Of a stretch of DNA of 64,000 bases, positions 1 to 7,180 are shown piece by piece. Below the pieces are notes generated by a model that was not told where the DNA came from, did no database searches, and saw nothing but the letters and a program-made list of their open reading frames with translations. The stretch is from a virus: the IMG/VR virus record IMGVR_UViG_3300048113_001121, positions 96,001-160,000 of that record. One strand, 5' to 3'. The position numbers were made by a program, and so were the translations under genes. Each line of letters opens with the position of its first letter. The first letter of the stretch is position 1.

Positions 1-2
1 AA

Positions 3-122
3 GGTCATTGGGTAGGTTTCGATACCGCACACTCAGGTGATGACATCAGATTGTGGCCTAAAGAATCTGTTTTAGATGAAACTAAAGATTTATTTAGTCA
101 AATTTATAAAATTAAAAGATAG
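3..122 (+). CDS. 3' end of a hypothetical phage protein (partial, WVGFDTAH motif)
   Basis: Open frame from the window edge: GHWVGFDTAHSGDDIRLWPKESVLDETKDLFSQIYKIKR*. Confidence 0.6.
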   Translation, partial: GHWVGFDTAHSGDDIRLWPKESVLDETKDLFSQIYKIKR

Positions 123-129
123 TGAATTT

Positions 130-723
130 ATGAAGATTTTATTTAAACTATTTTTAATATTTTTAAGTTTACCATTACATAGTCAAACATTAACTATTGA
201 GAATGATACTATAAAAACTGATATATTTGATGTTGTATACTCTGAAGAATTGGAACAACCCTTATGGATATCATATAAAGTATTATGTCCGATGGGAACT
301 CAAAGTAGAAGTGGTTTAAATTTCTATACAAACGATAGTATTCAAACCTCAGATATTGATGATTATAAAGACAATGTTTGGGATAGAGGCCATTTAGCTC
401 CCGCGGCCGCGTTTAACTGCGATAGGGAAACACTTAAAAAAACATTTACATATTTAAATTGTGTTCTACAACATGAAGGATTAAATCGTGGACCGTGGAG
501 AGAATTAGAAGAGTTTGAAAGAGGATTATCAAAAGTTTATGATAATGTTTGGGTAGAAATCATAGTAAAGTTCGAAGGTGAACTTGAAAAAGTATTAGGC
601 GGAGCAACAATTCCTTCAGGGTTTTTAAAGACCATAAAATTTGACAATAAGGAAATAATGTTTTACTTTCCTAATATTGACGTTTCTGGTGAGGACTGGG
701 GACACTTTAAAGTAATGAATTAA
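130..723 (+). CDS. DNA/RNA non-specific endonuclease (NucA/Endonuclease_NS family), probably secreted
   Basis: WDRGHLAPAA active-site motif and LNRGPW. The second ATG (130) gives a signal-peptide-like N-terminus and avoids overlapping the upstream ORF. Confidence 0.85.
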   Translation: MKILFKLFLIFLSLPLHSQTLTIENDTIKTDIFDVVYSEELEQPLWISYKVLCPMGTQSRSGLNFYTNDSIQTSDIDDYKDNVWDRGHLAPAAAFNCDRETLKKTFTYLNCVLQHEGLNRGPWRELEEFERGLSKVYDNVWVEIIVKFEGELEKVLGGATIPSGFLKTIKFDNKEIMFYFPNIDVSGEDWGHFKVMN

Positions 724-724
724 A

Positions 725-1126
725 ATGAGTAAAAAACCAATGGAATTATTAAATACACATCCAATAAAAAAATCTGATTTAGGATTCCACGGTAACTTAT
801 TTGGGGGTAAATTATTAGCTTGGTTAGATGCAAGTGCCGCCGCGTTTGCTATGCAAGTTGCTGATACCCCACGAATGGTTACTGTCAAGATTGATGAATG
901 TATTTTTAAAAAACCGGCTAAAGAGGGTCAACTAATAAAAATGTATGGTGAGGTAGAAAGTATTGGTACCACATCATTAACTCTTTACATGGAAGCACGT
1001 TCACATAATGTTTACTCAGGTAATCAAACAATTATATTATCAACTAAAATTAAATTCGTTAGAATTGATGAAACGGGGGACCCCATCCCAATATCTCAAA
1101 GGGTTAAAAATAAATACATTAAATAA
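725..1126 (+). CDS. Acyl-CoA thioesterase (hotdog fold, YciA-like)
   Basis: DLGFHGNLFGGKLLAWLD and VTVKIDECIFKKP motifs. Confidence 0.85.
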   Translation: MSKKPMELLNTHPIKKSDLGFHGNLFGGKLLAWLDASAAAFAMQVADTPRMVTVKIDECIFKKPAKEGQLIKMYGEVESIGTTSLTLYMEARSHNVYSGNQTIILSTKIKFVRIDETGDPIPISQRVKNKYIK

Positions 1127-1143
1127 ATTAAATAACAAAAAAA

Positions 1144-1575
1144 ATGAAAGTAGAAAAAGGTAACAATGTTAAAGTTCACTACACGGGAACTTTAGAAGAT
1201 GGTCAAGAATTTGACAGTTCACATAAACGTGGAGAAACCCTTAATTTTGCAGTTGGAACTGGACAAATGATAGCTGGTTTTGATGCCGCAGTTGAAGGTA
1301 TGGAAGTTGGTGAAGTAAAAGATGTGACTTTAGACCCAACACAAGCGTATGGTGAAAGAAAAGAGGAGGCAGTAATGCCAGTTAATCGTAAGAACTTCCC
1401 TGAAGATTTTAAAGTTGAAATAGGTGGTATGGTTCAAGGTCAGACTGAACAAGGTATGCCGATTCAAGCAACTATCGTAGGCGAAGATGAAGAAAATCTA
1501 ATTTTAGATATGAACCACCCACTCGCTGGTAAGTCACTAAACTTTAATATTGAATTAGTAGAAATAGGAGAATAA
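1144..1575 (+). CDS. slyD: FKBP-type peptidyl-prolyl isomerase (SlyD-like)
   Basis: VHYTGTLEDGQEFDSS, GQMIAGFD, AYGER and LDMNHPLAGKSLNF motifs. Confidence 0.9.
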   Translation: MKVEKGNNVKVHYTGTLEDGQEFDSSHKRGETLNFAVGTGQMIAGFDAAVEGMEVGEVKDVTLDPTQAYGERKEEAVMPVNRKNFPEDFKVEIGGMVQGQTEQGMPIQATIVGEDEENLILDMNHPLAGKSLNFNIELVEIGE

Positions 1576-2012
1576 TGGTTTATTGGTTTACAGGGCAGCC
1601 GTCACACGGTAAGACCGTATTGGCTAATATGTTTAAAGAATCTCATCTACCTACCGCATATAGAATTGATGGTGATGAGATGAGAGAATTGTTTACTAAT
1701 AAAGATTATTCGATTAAAGGTAGGGTAACTAATGTGGATGCTGCTCAAAAAATTTCACATTATTTACACAATCAAGGAGATGACGTAATAGTTTCTTTAG
1801 TTTCACCTTATATTGACCAAAGAGAAGAGTTTAAAAAACTATTAGGTAAAGATTTAGTTGAAATTTACATTCATACATCAGAACCTAGAGAAAGAGACCA
1901 CTTTAGGTCTGATGCGTATGTAGCACCTAAGGAAAACTTTATCGATATCGATACCACTGTAGATACACCTGAAGAATCTCTTCAAAAAATTATATCTAAA
2001 TTAGGATGGTAG
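1575..2012 (+). CDS. cysC: Adenylylsulfate kinase-like protein
   Basis: WFTGQPSHGKT P-loop, IDGDEMR, VIVSLVSPY and YVAP motifs. Confidence 0.75.
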   Translation: MVYWFTGQPSHGKTVLANMFKESHLPTAYRIDGDEMRELFTNKDYSIKGRVTNVDAAQKISHYLHNQGDDVIVSLVSPYIDQREEFKKLLGKDLVEIYIHTSEPRERDHFRSDAYVAPKENFIDIDTTVDTPEESLQKIISKLGW

Positions 2013-2374
2013 ATAAGAAATCGACAATATTTTGTGACATAGATGGAACGATATTCAAATATCGAAAGTTTGAAACGTATGAAACTTCATCTGTAGATGT
2101 TTTACCTGAAGTAAAAGAAAAGTTAGAGTCGTGGAGTAAAGAAGGTCATATGGTAATTTTAACTACCGCACGACCAGATTATCTCTACGACCATACTGTT
2201 AAAGAATTGAAAGAGAACGGTATAATCTATGACCGTTTAATTACAGGAATTGAGAGGGGTCCGAGAATCTTAATTAATGATATGGACCCTAATAAACCGG
2301 GTCAACGAGCGTTTGGAGTAAACCTTAATAGAAATGAGGGATTCAAAGGTATTGATTGGTCTAATTATATTTAA
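2006..2374 (+). CDS. HAD-superfamily hydrolase
   Basis: FCDIDGT motif I and LTTAR motif II. Confidence 0.75.
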   Translation: MVDKKSTIFCDIDGTIFKYRKFETYETSSVDVLPEVKEKLESWSKEGHMVILTTARPDYLYDHTVKELKENGIIYDRLITGIERGPRILINDMDPNKPGQRAFGVNLNRNEGFKGIDWSNYI

Positions 2375-2383
2375 ATTTAAATT

Positions 2384-2776
2384 ATGAGTGATTGGAGTAG
2401 TAAATTTCACGTAGAGTCATCAATGCCGGCTAGAGATGGTCAGTATGCGATGTTTGTAGGTAGATGGCAACCTTTACATAAAGGTCATCAAGAGTTATTT
2501 AAACAGGCAATGGATAAAGGTAAAAATGTTTTAATCTGTATTAGAGACGGAAAACCTAACGAAAAAAATCCATTTACCGCAACAGAAGTTAAAGAAAATA
2601 TTATGAATCATTATTCTTCTGAAGTCGAATCAGGTAAAGTCGCAGTGACTATTATTCCCGATATTTGTTCAATTGAATTCGGTAGAGGAGTTGGTTATGA
2701 TATAATTGAACACACACCCCCTTCTGAAATTGGAAATATCTCAGCAACTAAGATTCGTAAAGAAATGGGTCTTTAA
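2384..2776 (+). CDS. Cytidylyltransferase-like (HIGH) nucleotidyltransferase
   Basis: GRWQPLHKGH, NPF and ISATKIR motifs. Confidence 0.75.
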   Translation: MSDWSSKFHVESSMPARDGQYAMFVGRWQPLHKGHQELFKQAMDKGKNVLICIRDGKPNEKNPFTATEVKENIMNHYSSEVESGKVAVTIIPDICSIEFGRGVGYDIIEHTPPSEIGNISATKIRKEMGL

Positions 2777-2854
2777 AGTCAAAAATCAATTTATTACGAC
2801 TCATTTTTTAATTTAAATGGGTCGTTTTTAACTAATTAATGAACCAAAAAAAAT

Positions 2855-3454
2855 ATGAAATTTAATAAGAAAGAATTGTTTTATTATTGTAATAATGAAT
2901 TACGTTATAAAAAGTTAAATAAGATAAAAATACTAATTCCTTCATTAATCCTATTAATCATATTTTTATCCATATTGTTAATACCCATTAATAAATCTTT
3001 AAGTCGTGATATTACAAATACTGATGATTTTGAATCTAATATCTCGGTAATTAATATTAACGATACTTTAAATGATTTCTCGGAAGATAAACTAATAGAA
3101 ATGTTAGTTTCTTTAAACGTTAAGTTCCCACATATAGTGTTGGCACAATCTAAGCTTGAGACAGGTAATTACTCTTCTAAAATATTTAAGGAAAACCATA
3201 ACCTTTTTGGTATGAAAGAGGCTAGAGTTAGAATACATACATCTAAGGGTACTCAATTTAATCATGCGTATTATAGTCACTGGAGAGAATCGGTTTATGA
3301 CTACGCCTTCTACCAATGTCGTTATTTATCTACATTACATACTGAAGATGAATATTACACTTACTTATCAAAGTCATACGCCGAGGCAACAAATTACGTA
3401 AACATATTAAAATCTATGGTTATAAAAGAAAAATTAAAAGATAAGTTTTTTTAA
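2855..3454 (+). CDS. Glucosaminidase (GH73) peptidoglycan hydrolase with an N-terminal TM segment
   Basis: VLAQSKLETG, NLFGMK and YAEATNY motifs; hydrophobic anchor ILIPSLILLIIFLSILLI. Confidence 0.75.
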   Translation: MKFNKKELFYYCNNELRYKKLNKIKILIPSLILLIIFLSILLIPINKSLSRDITNTDDFESNISVININDTLNDFSEDKLIEMLVSLNVKFPHIVLAQSKLETGNYSSKIFKENHNLFGMKEARVRIHTSKGTQFNHAYYSHWRESVYDYAFYQCRYLSTLHTEDEYYTYLSKSYAEATNYVNILKSMVIKEKLKDKFF

Positions 3455-3464
3455 TCGAAATATT

Positions 3465-4187
3465 ATGTTTATATTAGCCAAAAGAAATAAAATGAAAATC
3501 ACATTCATATCTGACACACACACAAAACATCATCAGGTAACGTCACAGTTGCCAGGTGGTGATTTGTTGGTCCATGCCGGTGACTTTTCTTCACGAGGTT
3601 ATGAACATGAGGTGGATGGATTTTTTGATTGGTTCAATAAGTTGGATAACTACACCAATAAGATTGTCATCGCTGGTAACCACGACCTTATGTTTGAGGA
3701 CAACCCAATGTTAGCTAAAGACATCATGAGTTACTATCCTAACGTTACTTACCTTCAGGACAACATTGAAGTTATCGGTGAGGATTACCAATCTTCGGTA
3801 AAAGTTTATGGCTCTCCGTGGCAACCTGAATTTTATAATTGGGCATTTAACCTACCACGCAACGGTGAGGAGTTAAAGGAGAAGTGGAATGAGATTCCAC
3901 ATAACATGGACATCGTGGTCACTCACGGACCCGCATATGGTTATTTAGATACCGTTGTGGGGCAATATATAAACCTGGGGTGTCAGTTGTTGACTGAACG
4001 GTTAAAGGTCGTTAAACCGAAGATACACGTGTGTGGACACATCCACAGTGGGTATGGTTATAAGTTTGATAATGGTACACACTACATCAACGCATCAGTC
4101 TTAGGTGAAGATTACATTTTTAAAAATAAACCCTTAACTGTGGAGTGGGACCCAAATACAAATAAAATTGAATTTTTAGATTATTAA
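3465..4187 (+). CDS. Calcineurin-like metallophosphoesterase
   Basis: ISDTH, HAGDF, AGNHD, THGP and CGHIH motifs. Confidence 0.9.
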   Translation: MFILAKRNKMKITFISDTHTKHHQVTSQLPGGDLLVHAGDFSSRGYEHEVDGFFDWFNKLDNYTNKIVIAGNHDLMFEDNPMLAKDIMSYYPNVTYLQDNIEVIGEDYQSSVKVYGSPWQPEFYNWAFNLPRNGEELKEKWNEIPHNMDIVVTHGPAYGYLDTVVGQYINLGCQLLTERLKVVKPKIHVCGHIHSGYGYKFDNGTHYINASVLGEDYIFKNKPLTVEWDPNTNKIEFLDY

Positions 4188-4192
4188 TTAAA

Positions 4193-4804
4193 ATGAAATA
4201 CAAATTAGAAGTTTACGGATGGTCAATGGAGGCGATGGGACATTCATTAAATGACCAACAATTAGAGGATGTAGATATCCTTATGAAAGACAATAACTGT
4301 GATGAACTATGGCAGATTAGGTCTGAGTTAGAAGACGTTGTTGACGATATGTGGGGTCCCGATTTATTTCATATGAATGCACCCTTTTATAACGGTAGTA
4401 CGTTCTTTAGAGTTGTAGATGAAAATGAAAAAGTAATTTTAGAATTTGATGAGAAAGATTTGGGTGACTTATATGAAAATGTTGAAGATGTTGATGATTT
4501 ATACCCCTATGAATCCCATTTCGCATCACCTAATTACCGTAACGATGGTGTTAAACATATTATGTTAGTTGTTGATGAAAATAAAGGTGGATTTTGTGAA
4601 ATGTTATTTGAATCTGACGAGGAACTTAAACCTGAAGATTTTTCTGTAATGGGAGGCGGTATTGATACACCTTTAGGTGAATGGGATTTTATCTCACGTA
4701 TTTTCTTTAAAGATACCCTACTTGAGATTGACGATTGGTTAGATAATCGAGGTAAAGCGGCAACATTAGAGATTTATGCTGAAGATGGGAGAATCATACA
4801 TTAA
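4193..4804 (+). CDS. Hypothetical acidic protein
   Basis: ORF track; in tandem with neighbours. Confidence 0.7.
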   Translation: MKYKLEVYGWSMEAMGHSLNDQQLEDVDILMKDNNCDELWQIRSELEDVVDDMWGPDLFHMNAPFYNGSTFFRVVDENEKVILEFDEKDLGDLYENVEDVDDLYPYESHFASPNYRNDGVKHIMLVVDENKGGFCEMLFESDEELKPEDFSVMGGGIDTPLGEWDFISRIFFKDTLLEIDDWLDNRGKAATLEIYAEDGRIIH

Positions 4805-4926
4805 TGAAACTAACTAAAATTAAATTAAATAATCAGAATCGTATGTTACGTATTGGTTTTGGTTTAAATAAAGGAAATAAATTCTTTAGAATTGATTTAT
4901 GGTGGATAGGTTACAGATTATCCTAA
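4804..4926 (+). CDS. Small hypothetical protein (40 aa)
   Basis: Manual translation MKLTKIKLNNQNRMLRIGFGLNKGNKFFRIDLWWIGYRLS*; TAATG overlap with the previous stop. Confidence 0.55.
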   Translation: MKLTKIKLNNQNRMLRIGFGLNKGNKFFRIDLWWIGYRLS

Positions 4927-4933
4927 AATAAAA

Positions 4934-4964
4934 TTTGACAATTGAAATAACTTAACTATATTTG
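4934..4964 (+). promoter_or_regulatory. Bacteroidota-type promoter upstream of the tRNA-array leader
   Basis: TTTG (4934-4937), 19-nt spacer, TATATTTG (4957-4964); matches the -33/-7 consensus TTTG...TAnnTTTG. Confidence 0.75.
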
Positions 4965-4997
4965 TAGAGTACAAACAAGTACAAAACTATTTTAAAA

Positions 4998-5069
4998 ATG
5001 AATAAACGAAACACACATAATATAATATTAAGAAACTTATCAAGGATAAGAATCTTTAGTGTTATGTGA
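4998..5069 (+). CDS. Putative leader peptide (23 aa, MNKRNTHNIILRNLSRIRIFSVM)
   Basis: A-rich context before the ATG; lies between the promoter and a terminator; rich in ATA/TTA/AGA/AAC/AAT codons. Confidence 0.55.
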   Translation: MNKRNTHNIILRNLSRIRIFSVM

Positions 5070-5122
5070 TAGTTCGGTAAAACATAATGTAAAAAATAGA
5101 CTTAAAGCTATGAAAAAGAAGA

Positions 5123-5155
5123 AGCCCGAACAGAGATGTTCGGGTTTTTTGTTTT
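5123..5155 (+). terminator. Intrinsic terminator or attenuator hairpin
   Basis: AGCCCGAACA-GAGA-TGTTCGGGTT followed by a T-rich tract. Confidence 0.8.
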
Positions 5156-5166
5156 ATATTAGCAGT

Positions 5167-5178
5167 GTTCTTTGACAT
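5167..5178 (+). promoter_or_regulatory. boxA-like antitermination motif GTTCTTTGACAT
   Basis: Identical copy at 6370-6381 and a variant (GTTCTTTGAAA) at the 5' end of the large ncRNA (55322-55332, minus strand). Confidence 0.5.
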
Positions 5179-5215
5179 CAAGATTAAGTAACGACACAGT
5201 ATTCGGTAAAATACT

Positions 5216-5288
5216 GACCTCTTAGCTCAGCTGGTAGAGCATCACACTTTTAATGTGAGGGTCCAGGGTTCGAACCCCTGAGGGGTCA
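5216..5288 (+). tRNA. tRNA-Lys(UUU)
   Basis: Acceptor GACCTCT/AGGGGTC; anticodon arm TCACA-CTTTTAA-TGTGA; T loop TTCGAAC. Confidence 0.95.
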
Positions 5289-5348
5289 CTATCGCCAATA
5301 CTAAATCGAGTTTTGCACCTCTACATAAAATATGGGTGTTTTCAACAT

Positions 5349-5422
5349 GGGGATGTAGCTCAGTTGGTTAGAGCAGGACTCTTATATGGTCAAGGTCGTA
5401 GGTTCAATTCCTACCGTCCCTA
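5349..5422 (+). tRNA. tRNA-Ile(UAU)
   Basis: Acceptor GGGGATG/CGTCCCT; anticodon loop CTTATAT (TAT at 5383-5385); T arm GTAGG-TTCAATT-CCTAC. Confidence 0.85.
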
Positions 5423-5498
5423 CAATTAAATTAATTTAATAAAATAGTTGTTACTTAATCATTTGTACCGTACATTTACAGTATTGAAAGATATAGAT

Positions 5499-5584
5499 GC
5501 CGAAGTGGTGGAATTGGTAGACACGAGGGACTTAAAATCCCTTGGACAGTAATGTCCGTGACGGTTCGAGCCCGTCCTTCGGTA
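5499..5584 (+). tRNA. tRNA-Leu(UAA)
   Basis: Acceptor GCCGAAG/CTTCGGT; AGGGA-CTTAAAA-TCCCT; long variable arm. Confidence 0.95.
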
Positions 5585-5587
5585 CAC

Positions 5588-5646
5588 AGATAGGGAGTTA
5601 TCCAATACGCGTTGGAACTAGATAACTTTAAAATAGAACCCTATCT
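5588..5646 (+). ncRNA. Small structured element in the tRNA array
   Basis: Nested stems AGATAGGG/CCCTATCT, AGTTATC/GATAACT and CCAA/TTGG. Confidence 0.45.
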
Positions 5647-5671
5647 TTTACATGTACCCAACATACAATTT

Positions 5672-5760
5672 AAGAGAGGTAGTGAAGCTACAATGATATA
5701 GAAAAAGGTAAGGGTTAACCTCTATATCGTAGTAACCCCGAAAGACCCGAAACCTCTCTT
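5672..5760 (+). ncRNA. Small structured element in the tRNA array, possible pseudoknot
   Basis: Closing stem AAGAGAGGT/ACCTCTCTT; inner stem GATATAGA/TCTATATC; loop GGGTTA is complementary to downstream TAACCC. Confidence 0.45.
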
Positions 5761-5766
5761 TTACAT

Positions 5767-5840
5767 GCACCCATAGCTCAGCTGGATAGAGCATCTGCCT
5801 TCTAAGCAGACGGTCTCAGGTTCGAATCCTGATGGGTGTA
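5767..5840 (+). tRNA. tRNA-Arg(UCU)
   Basis: Acceptor GCACCCA/TGGGTGT; TCTGC-CTTCTAA-GCAGA; T loop TTCGAAT. Confidence 0.95.
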
Positions 5841-5848
5841 CTAAATAC

Positions 5849-5964
5849 GGGGAGTTAGTCAAAGTGGTACGACGCTCCAACCTTAAGACAGAAAGCATCA
5901 TACTAGTTACTCGATGTGATTAAGTTGGTTAGTAGAGGTAGGGGTTCGAATCCCCTACTCCCCC
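5849..5964 (+). ncRNA. tRNA-like RNA with an enlarged anticodon-arm region
   Basis: Acceptor GGGGAGT/ACTCCCC, D arm GTC..GAC and canonical T arm AGGGG-TTCGAAT-CCCCT, but 65 nt between the D and T arms. Confidence 0.65.
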
Positions 5965-5965
5965 G

Positions 5966-6044
5966 CTCTTAGATAGGTTTAACAACCGAACAACGAGGCG
6001 TCAAATCTCACGCCTACAAGTCGAAAGACGGAGTCTAAGTGGAG
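5966..6044 (+). ncRNA. Small multi-hairpin element in the tRNA array
   Basis: CTTAGA/TCTAAG closes three hairpins: GGTT/AACC, AGGCG/CGCCT and GTC-GAAA-GAC. Confidence 0.45.
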
Positions 6045-6050
6045 TAATTA

Positions 6051-6292
6051 TACCGAATGGTGGAATTGGAAGACACGAGTCACTGTTAATGACTAATGTA
6101 TCACACATGATGAGAAATGGGGTAACATCCATAGTGAAAAGAAGGAGGATGAATTGCCCCTAGATTAATCATCTACTCAAGAATAGGTAAGAGTTTGTAG
6201 TACCTTAAAGATTTATTCCTAACCAATATTGTTTATACTCTATTGGGACATCCGTGACAGTTGTAGTTGGATAAAATAGACTGTTAACGGAC
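6051..6292 (+). ncRNA. tRNA-derived RNA (Leu-type D arm, GUU anticodon loop) with an ~160-nt structured variable-arm insertion
   Basis: GTG-GAATTGGAAGA-CAC D arm; AGTCA-CTGTTAA-TGACT; T-like stem GACAG/CTGTT; acceptor stem and T loop degenerate. Confidence 0.5.
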
Positions 6293-6362
6293 TTTTAGCT
6301 CAGTTGGTTAGAGCACCGCACTCATAATGCGTAGGTCGATGGTTCGAGTCCATCAAGGTCCA
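6289..6362 (+). tRNA. tRNA with CAU anticodon, most likely Ile2 (lysidine type)
   Basis: Acceptor GGACTTT/AAGGTCC resembles bacterial tRNA-Ile2; loop CTCATAA; paired first base pair and no initiator features. Confidence 0.85.
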
Positions 6363-6407
6363 CTAGTGAGTTCTTTGACATAAAAATTAAATTAAAAAAT
6401 AGAAATT

Positions 6408-6743
6408 ATGGAAATAACATCATTTATTTTAGGTGTATGTACAGTCATTGTATTAGTAATGGTTGTGGGTACGTTTGTGAACTATATGACAACAAAGTCC
6501 TTAAAAGAGGAAATAAACCGACTGAATCGAGAAAACGAAAATCAGTATAACGAATCTGAAAAGATTAAAAAAGAACTAATAGATTATGTGGATAGTCTAC
6601 ATAATATTAGTGAAAATAACATGAACGAAGTCTACCGTCATATTGACAGTAGAGTAGATAAAACTGTAAATGGTATGAGCGAACACGTTGCAGAAATTTA
6701 TAGACAAATAGATAGTAACAAAAAATCCGTTGTTAACGGATAA
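6408..6743 (+). CDS. Hypothetical protein with an N-terminal TM helix and coiled coil
   Basis: ORF track; embedded in the tRNA array. Confidence 0.7.
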   Translation: MEITSFILGVCTVIVLVMVVGTFVNYMTTKSLKEEINRLNRENENQYNESEKIKKELIDYVDSLHNISENNMNEVYRHIDSRVDKTVNGMSEHVAEIYRQIDSNKKSVVNG

Positions 6744-6872
6744 TAAATAAAACGTTAAAGAACTCACTTTTTAACTATGCACGAAAAAACCATCATTAGG
6801 TAACTTTTTTACACTTAATGTTGGTTTTTTCATGCATTTACCATATATTTGTACTCTAATAAAAAAACACTT

Positions 6873-7088
6873 ATGGGTAATATACTTAGTAAAATTGCAG
6901 ACATGGAAGAAGATGGTACACTACCAAAATTTAACCCTAACTATTATGTTGACGTTTTAAACTTAGCCAGAACGAAAGGACTAAGATTAGAGGTTATGTA
7001 TACAGCTATGGATATTGTTAGAGAGCAACCTAATTTAACTAATGAGGTCGCCATTATTCAATCGGCTAAAAAATGGAATTTAGTATAA
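6873..7088 (+). CDS. Hypothetical protein
   Basis: ORF track (TTG at 6849); ATG at 6873 preferred because it follows a TATATTTG promoter element. Confidence 0.6.
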   Translation: MGNILSKIADMEEDGTLPKFNPNYYVDVLNLARTKGLRLEVMYTAMDIVREQPNLTNEVAIIQSAKKWNLV

Positions 7089-7091
7089 AAA

Positions 7092-7165
7092 GCTTCCTTA
7101 GCTCAGTTGGCTAGAGCAGCTGATTTGTAATCAGCAGGTCGTGGGTTCGAGTCCCTCAGGAAGCT
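7092..7165 (+). tRNA. tRNA-Thr(UGU)
   Basis: Acceptor GCTTCCT/AGGAAGC; GCTGA-TTTGTAA-TCAGC; T loop TTCGAGT. Confidence 0.95.
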
Positions 7166-7180
7166 CAAAATTTATTTATT

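Noticed and set aside
625-888. Antisense shadow ORFs from the track (also 3113-3316, 12237-12443, 13978-14334, 14453-14776, 15032-15286, 16075-16266, 17214-17417, 19476-19727, 22177-22362, 26312-26620, 26918-27139, 27486-27716, 28956-29189)
   Set aside because: They overlap better-supported genes on the opposite strand and have no recognisable motifs.
5849-5964. tmRNA
   Set aside because: Far too short, no tag reading frame, has a full D arm, and lacks the G3:U70/A73 alanine identity.
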